Assembly (NCBI GenBank): GCA_017467625.1
Contig: JAFUSN010000003.1
Coordinates: 193,378 to 257,377, forward strand
Direction of reading: 5' to 3'
Source of the DNA: Clostridia bacterium
GTDB taxonomy: Bacteria > Bacillota > Clostridia > Christensenellales > UBA1242
Length of the DNA: 64,000 nt
The notes below the pieces were generated by a model. The model did not search any database. It was not told the origin of the DNA and saw nothing but the letters and a program-made list of their open reading frames with translations. Of the stretch, positions 37,604-47,453 are shown piece by piece (position 1 is the stretch's first letter; every line of letters begins with the position of its first letter). The translations under genes and the position numbers were made by a program.

Positions 37604-37630
37604 TTAGCAATCAATACTTTTGAGTGCTAA
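37604..37630. promoter_or_regulatory. CIRCE operator (HrcA binding site)
   Basis: TTAGCAATC-N9-GAGTGCTAA, one mismatch to the consensus TTAGCACTC-N9-GAGTGCTAA. It lies between the promoter and hrcA. Confidence 0.85.
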
Positions 37631-37638
37631 CACTGTAT

Positions 37639-37667
37639 ATAATATTACTGCTAAAACCATTTGTCAA
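37639..37667 (-). promoter_or_regulatory. SigA promoter of the hrcA-grpE-dnaK-dnaJ operon
   Basis: Minus strand reads TTGACA, 17 nt spacer, TATTAT, immediately upstream of CIRCE. Confidence 0.7.
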
Positions 37668-37698
37668 CTGATTGTGCCAAAAAATTTAATTATTTTTA

Positions 37699-37731
37699 CA
37701 AAAAAAAACAGCAGTCAATTTTTGCTGCTGT
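37699..37731 (-). terminator. Terminator after hemW
   Basis: acagcag-caaaaattga-ctgctgt followed by nine T on the minus strand. Confidence 0.75.
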
Positions 37732-37735
37732 TTGT

Positions 37736-38926
37736 TTAATCTGTTGTGAGTTCTAAAACAATTTTATTTAAAACTAAAAAACCTTTATTTGAACAAATTA
37801 GCTTGTTTGTTGGGGTTAAAATTAAAACTCCTGCACGAATGAGTGCTGCAATTTTTTCTTTGCGTTTTGTTAAAAAGTTTTCACCAAACTCATTTTTATA
37901 ACTTTCTAAATCCATTCCTTCACTAGTTCTAAGTGAAAGCATAATCATTTCTTCTTCTTTTTCTTCTTTAGTTAATTCTTTTGAATATTTAGTTGGTGGA
38001 ACTCCTTGTTCTTCAAGATAAGCGTAATATTCATTCATATCACCAGTGTTTGCAAATCTTGTTCCATCAATGTAAGAGTGAGCTGCTAGTCCTAAACCAA
38101 GATAATCTCCTCTATTCCAGTAAACTTTGTTGTGAGATGATTCAAATGTAGGTTTTGAAAAGTTTGAAATTTCGTATCGCCCATATCCAGATTCTGTCAA
38201 TCTTTTATAAATGTATTCATACATTTCAATTGTTTCATCTTCATCAGGAAGCCCAAGTGAACCATTGTCAACCAAGGCTTTGAGTTTTGTTCCAGTTTCA
38301 ACTTGAAGCATATATGTTGAAATATGAGGAATATCTTGTTTGATTAAGTAGTTGATTGTGTCTTTAACATCTGATAGTTTTTGACCAGGATAACCAATAA
38401 TTATGTCGGTGCTTATGTTTCGTATTCCAAACTCTCTAATGGTTTCAATTGTTTTTTCATAATCATTTGCAGTGTGAGTTCTCCCCATTCCTTTAAGAAT
38501 TTTTGGAGAAATGGTTTGAAGTCCAATGCTAAACCTATTGACTCCAGATAAAACATATTCACGAATTTTTGTTTTATCAACTGCATTTGGATTTATTTCA
38601 ATGGTAATTTCTGCTGTGTTTTTCACTGCAAAGTTTTTATATATGCATGAAAGTAAATCACGAATATAATAATAATCTAAACTTGATGGTGTTCCACCAC
38701 CAATGTATATGCTTGAAACATTATAAAATTCACGATAATTTTTAGATTGAATTTTTATTTCTTTTATAAGTGAATCAAAGTATCTCTTTTTCTCTATATC
38801 TGTTCCAACAGATGAAACAAATGAACAATACATACATTTTGAGTTGCAAAAAGGAATATGAACATAAATGCTCAATGGTTTTTTAACAGATTCTTTATCG
38901 CTTAAATTCAATTGGTTTATACTCAT
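37736..38926 (-). CDS. hemW: Radical SAM heme chaperone HemW (HemN-like)
   Basis: YVHIPFCNSKCMYCSF, GGGTPS, 396 aa, conserved lepA-hemW-hrcA position. Confidence 0.85.
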   Translation of the reverse strand: MSINQLNLSDKESVKKPLSIYVHIPFCNSKCMYCSFVSSVGTDIEKKRYFDSLIKEIKIQSKNYREFYNVSSIYIGGGTPSSLDYYYIRDLLSCIYKNFAVKNTAEITIEINPNAVDKTKIREYVLSGVNRFSIGLQTISPKILKGMGRTHTANDYEKTIETIREFGIRNISTDIIIGYPGQKLSDVKDTINYLIKQDIPHISTYMLQVETGTKLKALVDNGSLGLPDEDETIEMYEYIYKRLTESGYGRYEISNFSKPTFESSHNKVYWNRGDYLGLGLAAHSYIDGTRFANTGDMNEYYAYLEEQGVPPTKYSKELTKEEKEEEMIMLSLRTSEGMDLESYKNEFGENFLTKRKEKIAALIRAGVLILTPTNKLICSNKGFLVLNKIVLELTTD

Positions 38927-38976
38927 CTTTGCCTCTAAAATAATTTTATTGAAAAATTACATTTTGTCAATATTTA

Positions 38977-40776
38977 CTATGATTCAATTTTTAAAATACT
39001 TAAAAATGCTTCACTTGGAAGTTCAACACTTCCCAGTTTTTTCATTTTCTTTTTGCCTTCTTTTTGTTTTTCAAGAAGCTTTCTCTTTCTGGTGACATCA
39101 CCACCATAACATTTTGCAATAACATCTTTTCGCAAAGCTTTAACAGTTTCCCTTGCAATAATTTTCCCACCAATAGCTGCTTGAATAGGAATTTCAAAAA
39201 GTTGCCTTGGAACAACTTCTTTTAATTTTTCGGTTATTGCCCTTGCCCTATCATAACTTTTTGATCGATGAACAATCATTGAAAGAGCATCGCAAGGTTC
39301 ACCGTTTAAAAGCATATCAACTTTTACCATGTCACTCTTTTTAAAATCTGCAATTTCATAGTCAAAACTTGCATATCCATGTGTTGCAGATTTAAGTTTG
39401 TCAAAAAAGTCGTAAACAACTTCACATAATGGTAAATCAAAATCAAGGCGAACTCTTGATTCTGATAAATATTGCATATCTTTATAAATTCCCCTTTTAT
39501 TTATTCCAAGATCCATAATTGCTCCCACATATTCTGGAGGAGAAAAAATTTCTGCTTTAATAAAAGGTTCTTCAATATAAGAAATTTCATCACCGCTTGG
39601 CATGTCTGTTGGATTTGAAATTAATTCCATTTCGCCGTTTCGTTTATACACTTTATATGTTACACTTGGCATTGTGGTGATTATGTCTAAATTAAACTCT
39701 CGTTCAAGTCTTTCGCTAATAATTTCAAGGTGCAAAAGCCCCAAAAAGCCACATCTAAAACCATATCCAAGTGCTGTTGAAGTTTCAGGTGTATAAACAA
39801 GTGATGCATCTGAAAGTTTGATTTTTTCAAGCGCATCTTTAAGTAAATTATATTTATCACCTTCAATTGGAAAAATTCCAGAATAAACAACTGGTTGAAT
39901 GTTTCTGTAACCTGGAAGTGGTTGAGATTGCCTTTCAAGCTCAGTGATTGTGTCACCAACTTTAATATCAGAAACGGTTTTTATGCTGGCTGCAATATAT
40001 CCAACATCTCCAGCCGAAAGAATATCAGTTCTTTCAATTTTTGGTTTGAAAACGCCTACTTCAACAACATCAAATTCTTTTCCTGTTTGAAGCATTTTTA
40101 TTTTTGTGCCAGTTTTAACCTGTCCGTTTTTAATTCTAACAAGACAAACAGCACCCTTATAATTATCATAATAACTATCAAAAATAAGTGCTTGAAGTGC
40201 CGCGGTGTCGTCACCAACCGGAGCTGGGATTTTATCTACAATTTGATCAAGAACATCTTTAATATTTAGTCCAGTTTTTGCAGAAATACAAGGTGCATCA
40301 TCAGCTGGAATTCCAATTATATTCTCAATGTCTGCTTTTGTTTCTTCGGGCCTTGCAGATGGCAGATCCATTTTGTTAATCACTGGCAAAACTTCCAAAT
40401 TATTTTCAAATGCAAGGTAAAAATTTGCAAGAGTTTGCGCTTGAACACCTTGAGTTGCATCAACAATTAAAAGAGCGCCTTCACACGCAGCAAGAGATCG
40501 TGAAACTTCATATGTAAAGTCAACGTGCCCTGGAGTGTCAATTAAATTTAAAGTGTATTCAACACCATCTTTAACATACTTCATTGTTACTGGAGCAAGT
40601 TTGATTGTTATTCCTCTTTCTCGCTCAATATCCATTGAGTCTAAAAGTTGTTCTTTGCTGTCACGCTTGGCAACAGTTCCAGTAAATTCCATAAGCCTAT
40701 CTGCCAAAGTGCTCTTTCCATGGTCAATGTGGGCAATAATTGAAAAGTTACGAATATTTTGCAATGATTTTTCCAT
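38977..40776 (-). CDS. lepA: Translation elongation factor 4
   Basis: [33 protein letters not shown], 599 aa. Confidence 0.95.
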   Translation of the reverse strand: MEKSLQNIRNFSIIAHIDHGKSTLADRLMEFTGTVAKRDSKEQLLDSMDIERERGITIKLAPVTMKYVKDGVEYTLNLIDTPGHVDFTYEVSRSLAACEGALLIVDATQGVQAQTLANFYLAFENNLEVLPVINKMDLPSARPEETKADIENIIGIPADDAPCISAKTGLNIKDVLDQIVDKIPAPVGDDTAALQALIFDSYYDNYKGAVCLVRIKNGQVKTGTKIKMLQTGKEFDVVEVGVFKPKIERTDILSAGDVGYIAASIKTVSDIKVGDTITELERQSQPLPGYRNIQPVVYSGIFPIEGDKYNLLKDALEKIKLSDASLVYTPETSTALGYGFRCGFLGLLHLEIISERLEREFNLDIITTMPSVTYKVYKRNGEMELISNPTDMPSGDEISYIEEPFIKAEIFSPPEYVGAIMDLGINKRGIYKDMQYLSESRVRLDFDLPLCEVVYDFFDKLKSATHGYASFDYEIADFKKSDMVKVDMLLNGEPCDALSMIVHRSKSYDRARAITEKLKEVVPRQLFEIPIQAAIGGKIIARETVKALRKDVIAKCYGGDVTRKRKLLEKQKEGKKKMKKLGSVELPSEAFLSILKIES

Positions 40777-40882
40777 AAGAATAGTTTAAACTAAACATGT
40801 AATAAAATCAATCATAATGAATATTTTTTACTCATAAAATGTATTAAATTTATAAAAAACGATTACTAAATGGTTTAAAATA

Positions 40883-40912
40883 TTGACATTAATTAAACAA
40901 GTATTGTATAAT
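40883..40912 (+). promoter_or_regulatory. SigA-type promoter of the phosphodiesterase gene
   Basis: TTGACA (40883-40888), 18 nt spacer, TATAAT (40907-40912). Confidence 0.6.
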
Positions 40913-40957
40913 TTATTAGTAAAAATAAACAATGGCGTTTTGCCAACTGGAGTTAGT

Positions 40958-41704
40958 ATGAATATCTACGATTCGTGGCTTGTAAAATCACCAATTGCAC
41001 ACAGAGGGCTTTGGAATGAAACAATTCCTGAAAATTCAATTGCAGCATTTAAAAATGCAATTAAACACAAATTACCAATTCAATTTGAAGTTACCTATTT
41101 AACTGATGGAACAACAGTTGTTTTTCATGATGAAAGACTTGCAAGAATGACAGGAAAAGATGGCTATATTTCAAGTTGCAGTTATCACGATATTTCTAAA
41201 CTTAATTTGGCAGGAACAAAGGAAAAAATCCCAACTTTAAAAGAAGTTCTTGAACTTGTTGATGGAAAGGTTCCCCTTTTAATAGAAATAAAAAATTGGG
41301 GCAAAGTTGGCGATGTTGAAAAGGCTGTTTGGAAAGCACTTCAGGGCTATAATGGAGAATATACAATAATTTCATTTAACCCATACACTCTTGAATGGTT
41401 TAAAAATAATGATCCACAGGTTAAAAGAGGTCAAATTTCAAGTTTCTTTAAAGATAAAGAAATTACTGGGATTAAAAAGTTCTCTCTCAAAAGAATGCTT
41501 TTAAATAAAAAAATAAGCGAGCCAAACTTTATTGCGTATAGTGCAAGTGACATGCCAAACCGTTTTGTTAAAAAGTATTTTGGAAAAATTCCAGTTATTG
41601 CATATACAATTAAAAATGAAGAAGAAGAAAAAAGAGTTTTAAACTTTGCTGATAACATTATTTTTGACACATACACCCCATCTTCTTTAAAAGAAAAGAA
41701 ATAA
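40958..41704 (+). CDS. Glycerophosphodiester phosphodiesterase family protein
   Basis: IAHRGLW....PENSIAAF, FEVT...DG..VVFHD, PTLKEVLELV, LLIEIK. Start set to the ATG at 40958, downstream of the promoter. Confidence 0.75.
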   Translation: MNIYDSWLVKSPIAHRGLWNETIPENSIAAFKNAIKHKLPIQFEVTYLTDGTTVVFHDERLARMTGKDGYISSCSYHDISKLNLAGTKEKIPTLKEVLELVDGKVPLLIEIKNWGKVGDVEKAVWKALQGYNGEYTIISFNPYTLEWFKNNDPQVKRGQISSFFKDKEITGIKKFSLKRMLLNKKISEPNFIAYSASDMPNRFVKKYFGKIPVIAYTIKNEEEEKRVLNFADNIIFDTYTPSSLKEKK

Positions 41705-41731
41705 AAACACACCAAATGGTGTGTTTTTTTT
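41705..41731. terminator. Bidirectional terminator
   Basis: aacacaccaaatggtgtgtt followed by a T-run. Confidence 0.7.
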
Positions 41732-41740
41732 GTGCTTTAT

Positions 41741-42727
41741 TTAAGAATTTTTTGTTTCGTCAACTTCTCTATCCCAAGTTAAACTTGTAAATTGATGTTT
41801 TAACTTTTTAATTCGTGTTATGTTAAGTTCTCTTCTTGCAAGCAAGAAACCTGTTCCGTCAATTGAAACTTTTCTATACATGTCTTTCCATAAAACATAA
41901 GCATAAACGTCCATTGAAACACACGATAGCATGTAAATTATCATTGAAAAGTCGTTCATTGTGAATTCTGGGGCTGTAATTAATGTTTGCACCCACATTG
42001 CCATCATAAGTGTGTCGCCAATAATATAGAGTAAATATGAGTCCATATATTTTTTTGAAATTAAAATTTTTCCAATAATTGAAGCGCCGAGTGTCATTGA
42101 GCCAAAAATAAGCGAAGTTGTTTGACCGAGAACAAATCTAAGCAGACAATAAGATGCACCTGTAACCACAACCCACAGGCTTATGAAGAACATAAATTGC
42201 TTTTTTGTAAGCTTTTTTACTTCAATTTGAGAATCATCATTTGAGTCAGAATACTTTTTGCTAGTTTTTTTCTTTTTGTTAAGTCTTATCCAGCTTATAA
42301 GTGAAATTGTGTTTAAAGGAATTGAAATACAGAACATTTTTACAATTTCACCGTATAACTGCGTTTTATAACAAATGAAAGCATAGAGCAAACATTCAAT
42401 AATACCAATAACAATTCCAACAAGTTTCCCTCTTGCAACAAGATCAATGTTCACCATCAAAATATACATATCTAAAACATTAAACCAGCAAGATGGATCA
42501 ATTATAATGCAAATAATTCCCAAAATTATAAAAATTGGATACCACGCCAAAGTAAATTTTGATTGTTGCTTTAATCTGCGCAAAACTTCAGTTCCGGCAG
42601 CGTCAGCACCATAAGCTTTGACAAGTTTATCTCTATTGTTTATTCCAACATTTCCAGTTACTGTTGCCCTAATTAAATTGCGTTGATAATTTTGATAAAA
42701 CAATTCATCTCTATTAGGCTTTTTCAT
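41741..42727 (-). CDS. pnuC: PnuC-like nicotinamide riboside transporter with a long N-terminal extension
   Basis: LVARGKLVGIVIGIIECLLYAFICYKTQLYGEI resembles the PnuC signature. Multiple TM helices. The start overlaps the helD stop by 14 nt. Confidence 0.5.
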   Translation of the reverse strand: MKKPNRDELFYQNYQRNLIRATVTGNVGINNRDKLVKAYGADAAGTEVLRRLKQQSKFTLAWYPIFIILGIICIIIDPSCWFNVLDMYILMVNIDLVARGKLVGIVIGIIECLLYAFICYKTQLYGEIVKMFCISIPLNTISLISWIRLNKKKKTSKKYSDSNDDSQIEVKKLTKKQFMFFISLWVVVTGASYCLLRFVLGQTTSLIFGSMTLGASIIGKILISKKYMDSYLLYIIGDTLMMAMWVQTLITAPEFTMNDFSMIIYMLSCVSMDVYAYVLWKDMYRKVSIDGTGFLLARRELNITRIKKLKHQFTSLTWDREVDETKNS

Positions 42728-44888
42728 CTGATCCCTCTAAAATTTTTGTTAAGTTTTTTGTGTAATAAACTTCTAATTTGTGAAGCGCACGCGTTAAAAC
42801 AACATATAAAAGTTGACTTTCATTTTCAGAATATTTCTCGCTTGAAGCATCACTTACAATAACTGCATCAAACTCAAGTCCTTTTGCTAGGTATGATGGA
42901 ATTATCATAATTTTTTCACCAACAAAAACATTGTCATTTTTTGTTACAATTCTAAATTTTGTGCGATCTTCCAAATTTCTTACTAACTGATTATATAATA
43001 ATGTTTCTTCAATATTTTTGCAAACAATTGCAACGGTATTATATGATTTTTTAAGTTCCATACTGCGTTTTAGTATTGAAATTGGATCAAAACAATCCTG
43101 CTTAGTAATTAAAACATTTTCACCATGTCTGTCAATTTGGGTAAAATGTTTTCCAAATTTAACTAAATGCTTTGCAAATTCATTAATTTCATATGTTGAT
43201 CTATATGTTTTTTCAAGTTCGCATAATTCTGAAGTGACATTTGGTTTATACGATTTTATTGTTGAAATGATTTCATCATAGTTTGTGTGATTGTTAAATG
43301 GTAAAATTGATTGATTTAAGTCACCAAGAAGTGTGATATTTGAATTTCTAAACAGCATCGATAAAATTCTGTATTGCATTATGGAATAATCTTGAGCTTC
43401 ATCAATTAAAACATATTTAATGCTCTTGTTTGCAGAAATTCCAATAATTTTAGATTTTAAGTACATAAATGGTGTTACATCTTGAAACTCAATTGAGTCA
43501 TTCATTAAAACGGGATTTGTTAAATCAAAAATTTGTGAAAGATTAAATTTGGAAACATCTTCCCCATATTTATTAAATTCACTTGTCACGAAAGAAATGA
43601 AATCATCTTTGTTGCTGTAAAGTTTCTTATATAAAGCAGATATTTTTATTTTTACCTTCATGAGATTTTCAATTGCTTGTTTTTTAAGTTTTTCAAGGGT
43701 GAGTTGTTTTTGAGTTTTTTGACTTGCAGCCAAAAATACCCTTTCAACGATTTTCTTTCCAAGTAAGAATAAGCTTTCACCTTCGCTTTTAACATTTGAA
43801 GCAATTTTTTGAATTTCGTCATATCCCAAAATTTCTTCATCTGCAATTTCAATTTTTTCAAGGCCTAAAAGCTCGAGTTTATTTTCTTCAATGTAGTCAT
43901 CAAGAATTTTTGCGTAAATTGGATGAGATTTGAATTTCAGTTCGTTAAATTTGGCTGAATTAGCATTATCGGCATAAATAACTTCATACATATCTTCAAG
44001 CTTTGAAACAATTTTAAGTTCAGTTATATAGTTTTTTGCAAATTCATAAAAAGTTGATTGAGCAACATTATCTTCGCCAATTTCTGGAAGAACATCAGCA
44101 ATGTAATTGTTAAAAATTTCATTTGGAGAAATTATCATAACATTTGAGTTGTTAATTTTATCTCTCTCGGCATATAAAAGATATGCAATTTTATGCATTG
44201 CAATACTTGTTTTTCCGCTTCCCGCTGGTCCTTGAACAACCAGTAAGTCAACATTATTTTTTCGTATAATTTCATTTTGCTCTTTTTGAATTGTGTTGAC
44301 AATATTTCGCATTTTTGTTGATGCGTTTGCTGATAAAATATTTTTCAAAATGCTGTCAATAATTTGCATATCAGTATCAAAAATTTCTTTAATTTCCCTG
44401 CCATCAATTTTATATTGACGCTTTAAGTTTATTTTTCCAGTAATTTTATCACCACCTGCAGTGAAATATGATGCAGGACCAATTTCGTTGCCATAAAACA
44501 TGCTTGAAATTGGAGCCCTCCAGTCGTAGACTAAAAAATCCGAATCATTTTCAAGTGAGGCAATTCCAATGTAAATTGGGAGCACTCCATATTCATCTTC
44601 AAAATCAATCCTTGCAAAATATGCGCTTTTAAGCATTTTTTTATAACTTAAAGCCTTTCTATTTGCATTTTGTGCATAAATACTTCTCTTTTGAATATTG
44701 GCAACTGCATAAACAAATTCGGTATCTGAAAGTCGATTTGTTTTGTCCCAGGCGTATGTCATTTGTTCTTGAATATTATTTGATAAATTTTTAACTTGTG
44801 ATTCATATGATTCAACTTCATTTTCTAATACGGAAACAACTTTATCAAGATATTGTTTTTCTTTTTCTAGTTCTTCTGATGTAATCAT
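42714..44888 (-). CDS. helD: HelD-type UvrD-like helicase (helicase IV / RNAP recycling factor)
   Basis: N-terminal coiled coil, YFARIDF, VVQGPAGSGKTSIAMH, DEAQD, C-terminal KGLEFD..YVVLTRA, 724 aa. Confidence 0.75.
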   Translation of the reverse strand: MITSEELEKEKQYLDKVVSVLENEVESYESQVKNLSNNIQEQMTYAWDKTNRLSDTEFVYAVANIQKRSIYAQNANRKALSYKKMLKSAYFARIDFEDEYGVLPIYIGIASLENDSDFLVYDWRAPISSMFYGNEIGPASYFTAGGDKITGKINLKRQYKIDGREIKEIFDTDMQIIDSILKNILSANASTKMRNIVNTIQKEQNEIIRKNNVDLLVVQGPAGSGKTSIAMHKIAYLLYAERDKINNSNVMIISPNEIFNNYIADVLPEIGEDNVAQSTFYEFAKNYITELKIVSKLEDMYEVIYADNANSAKFNELKFKSHPIYAKILDDYIEENKLELLGLEKIEIADEEILGYDEIQKIASNVKSEGESLFLLGKKIVERVFLAASQKTQKQLTLEKLKKQAIENLMKVKIKISALYKKLYSNKDDFISFVTSEFNKYGEDVSKFNLSQIFDLTNPVLMNDSIEFQDVTPFMYLKSKIIGISANKSIKYVLIDEAQDYSIMQYRILSMLFRNSNITLLGDLNQSILPFNNHTNYDEIISTIKSYKPNVTSELCELEKTYRSTYEINEFAKHLVKFGKHFTQIDRHGENVLITKQDCFDPISILKRSMELKKSYNTVAIVCKNIEETLLYNQLVRNLEDRTKFRIVTKNDNVFVGEKIMIIPSYLAKGLEFDAVIVSDASSEKYSENESQLLYVVLTRALHKLEVYYTKNLTKILEGSDEKA

Positions 44889-44896
44889 GAGTTCTC

Positions 44897-46192
44897 CTAC
44901 TTTTTAGTGATGTTTTTTAATTTGCTTTCAGGAAGTTTAATTGAAGCTTCACTTCCATTTTTGCTTGGAACATAATAAACATGATCCTTAATTTCATCTG
45001 GTAAATATTGCTGTTCAACATACCCACCATAATCATGTGGATATTTATAAGCTTCGCGTTTTTCTTTTATATAATTATAGTTTTTCAAATGTGCAGGAAC
45101 GCTTACTGTGTATGTTTTTTCAACGTCAGCTTTTGCATTTGCTTTTGCAACAACAACAGAGTTTGACTTTGGACTCATACAAACGTAAATAATTGCATGA
45201 CTCATTGGAATTAAGCCTTCAGGTGCGCCCATTTGAAGATAAGCTTGCATAGCACTATTTGCAACAACTAATGCATTTGAATTTGCAAGACCAACATCTT
45301 CACTTGCATGAGCAAGAAGTCTTCTGAAAATTAAAAGTGGATCACACCCAGAGTGAATTAACCTTTCCGACCAGTAAACAGCCGCATCTGCATCACTCCC
45401 TCTTAAACTTTTGCAGAATGCTGAAAGCATATCATAATATAGGTCTTCATCAATGCTTCGATTTCCTTGTGTGCAAACTTCTTTAACTGTTTCCAATGAA
45501 ACAACAACTTTATTTTCCGAAGTTTTTGATGAAAGTACTGCAATTTCTAAATTTCCAAGTGCAACTCGTGCGTCACCACCAGAGCTTGTTACTAAGTAAT
45601 CTTTGGCATCGTTTTCAATTGATACATTTAAATTTCCAAAGCCATTAACTTTGTCAGTAAGTGCATGGTTGATGGCTTTTTCAATGTCGGCTTTTGTGAG
45701 TGGTTTAAATTCAAAAACTTTGCATCGTGAAATAATTGCCCGAGTCATTGATATAAAAGGATTTTCAGTTGTTGCACCAATAAAAATTATATAGCCTTTT
45801 TCAATGGCTTCAAGCATACAATCTGATTGTGCCTTGCTCCACCTGTGACATTCATCTAAGAGTAAATATGTCTTTTTACCATAAAGCTCTAAATTTGATT
45901 TTGCATCACTAATAACTTGTTTAACATCTGAAACGCCAGATGAAACAGCATTTAATGCCACAAAATTACTTCCAGTTAAATTTGCTAAAATATGTGCGAG
46001 AGTTGTTTTCCCAGTTCCTGGTGGACCAAAGAAAATGCAACTTCCAAGTCGGTCAGTTCCTGCTGCTCTTCGCAAAAATGAACCTGGTTTTACGAGATGC
46101 TCTTGCCCAAAAAAGTCATCAAATGATTTTGGACGCATACGCTCTGCAAGTGGTGCAAGTTTTTTTGAATTTTCTGAAAAAAGATTTTCCAT
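44897..46192 (-). CDS. rarA: Replication-associated recombination protein A (AAA+ ATPase)
   Basis: LAERMRP.SFDDF.GQEHL, GPPGTGKTTLA, LLDECHRWSKAQ, GATTENP. Start set to the ATG behind GGGGGAG. Confidence 0.9.
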   Translation of the reverse strand: MENLFSENSKKLAPLAERMRPKSFDDFFGQEHLVKPGSFLRRAAGTDRLGSCIFFGPPGTGKTTLAHILANLTGSNFVALNAVSSGVSDVKQVISDAKSNLELYGKKTYLLLDECHRWSKAQSDCMLEAIEKGYIIFIGATTENPFISMTRAIISRCKVFEFKPLTKADIEKAINHALTDKVNGFGNLNVSIENDAKDYLVTSSGGDARVALGNLEIAVLSSKTSENKVVVSLETVKEVCTQGNRSIDEDLYYDMLSAFCKSLRGSDADAAVYWSERLIHSGCDPLLIFRRLLAHASEDVGLANSNALVVANSAMQAYLQMGAPEGLIPMSHAIIYVCMSPKSNSVVVAKANAKADVEKTYTVSVPAHLKNYNYIKEKREAYKYPHDYGGYVEQQYLPDEIKDHVYYVPSKNGSEASIKLPESKLKNITKK

Positions 46193-46253
46193 ACACTCCC
46201 CCATATACATTTAAATATGATATCATATTTAATACCAAATGTAAAGGAATTTG

Positions 46254-47012
46254 TTATTTAAAAATTGAAAGCAAATAAAGCACGATTGTATTCAATTTAG
46301 ATTGTAATTCTTGAAGTTCACAAAAAGCCTTTAAAACAGAATTTTTATAACTGACAAAAGGATTTAAAATTTTATTTGCATTCGGATTAAAATTAAAAAT
46401 TGAATAAATTTCAAAACAGTTATATAACTGATTTTTTAATAATTTGAATTTTTTTATTTTGGCTGATTTAGTTATAATTTTTGAAATTTTATTAAGCTCA
46501 TTATTTATTTCGCACATCAAAAATAATAATCTTTCTCCTAGCAAAAATTTAAAGATAGAAGTTTTTTCTTCATGAAAAAATTTTCTATTAAAATTTGCTT
46601 TTACAAATTTAAAAACGACCGGTTTGTTTGAATAATAAATTTGCATAGCTGATAAGTTTGCAAGTTCATATAAGTAAATGTGAGATCCAATTGATTTATA
46701 ATGATGGGTGTTGGAGTTAATTTCATCTTCAATTTTTTTTGAAATTTCAATTAAAAATTTTTTATTTTTCAATACAAATTTTTGTGATGTTAATGGAGTG
46801 ATTTTGGCATGCAAACTTGAATAAACATGAGTTGAAATTATTGTTTTTTGGATTTTAATTTTATTAATTTTTAACTTTTTACGCAGGTTAAAAGTTTCTT
46901 TAAAAAGTGCAAAATTACTTATAAAAATATGCTTTTTTTGATAAAATAAGCACATAAATAAACAAATTATTGTAAATATCAATATAAAAATATAAATAGT
47001 TTTTGTTATCAC
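46254..47012 (-). CDS. Hypothetical very AT-rich membrane-anchored protein
   Basis: 252-aa ORF with an N-terminal TM helix and a K/N/I/F-rich body. No recognisable motif. Confidence 0.4.
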   Translation of the reverse strand: MITKTIYIFILIFTIICLFMCLFYQKKHIFISNFALFKETFNLRKKLKINKIKIQKTIISTHVYSSLHAKITPLTSQKFVLKNKKFLIEISKKIEDEINSNTHHYKSIGSHIYLYELANLSAMQIYYSNKPVVFKFVKANFNRKFFHEEKTSIFKFLLGERLLFLMCEINNELNKISKIITKSAKIKKFKLLKNQLYNCFEIYSIFNFNPNANKILNPFVSYKNSVLKAFCELQELQSKLNTIVLYLLSIFK

Positions 47013-47047
47013 AATATAATTATTTCATTATAATAAATTAACAAACA

Positions 47048-47074
47048 AAAAGCGCATAACAATTGTTATGCGCT
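47048..47074 (-). terminator. rnpB terminator
   Basis: agcgcataac-aatt-gttatgcgct followed by ttttgtttgt on the minus strand. Confidence 0.75.
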
Positions 47075-47396
47075 AGCCTGCCTGTAAGCCGAGTTCTGTC
47101 ATTTAAGGCAATCATCAATCTAGGCTTATTATTGCTAATAAGCTCATGCGATCACGGGAACGGACGAGCAGCCCATTTGTTCCACATCTTGCACCTCACG
47201 GAGTTTACAGCGGATTATTGTCACCAATATTCCGAGTGAGCTCTTACCTCACTTTTTCACCATTGCCACGAGTGGCTGTATATTTCTGTTGCACTTGTCC
47301 TCAAATTACTTTGGCTTGACGTTATCAAGCGTGATTGCTCTGCGGTGCTCGGACTTTCCTCACTGAAATTCAGCGTAATTGCCCAGCGGACTGTAA
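47072..47396 (-). ncRNA. rnpB: RNase P RNA
   Basis: ORF-free, GC-enriched stretch. The minus strand carries the universal blocks GAGGAAAGTCCGAGC, AGTGCAACAGAAA, GGTAAGAGCTCAC and ACAGAACTCGGCTTACAG. The 5' AGTCCGCT can pair with the 3' GGCAGGCT to form P1. Ends are approximate. Confidence 0.88.
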
Positions 47397-47398
47397 CT

Positions 47399-47427
47399 AT
47401 TATACTATAAATTTAATTTTTAGTCAA
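47399..47427 (-). promoter_or_regulatory. SigA promoter of rnpB
   Basis: Minus strand reads TTGACT, 17 nt spacer, TATAAT, ending about 7 nt before the predicted 5' end. Confidence 0.65.
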
Positions 47428-47453
47428 TAGATAAATTTAGTTATTAAAATATA

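Noticed and set aside
42714-46192. The HelD-like helicase plus an AAA ATPase as a two-gene defence system. RecG, PriA and PcrA were considered in the same way.
   Set aside because: All match well-known housekeeping families (HelD, RarA, RecG, PriA, PcrA) with canonical motifs and a typical chromosomal context. No nuclease, effector or other accessory gene is attached.
47040-47400. An ORF-free, GC-enriched 360-bp stretch, first considered a pseudogene, a CRISPR leader or a riboswitch.
   Set aside because: It contains the universal RNase P RNA blocks on the minus strand and is bracketed by a promoter and a terminator, so it is rnpB.
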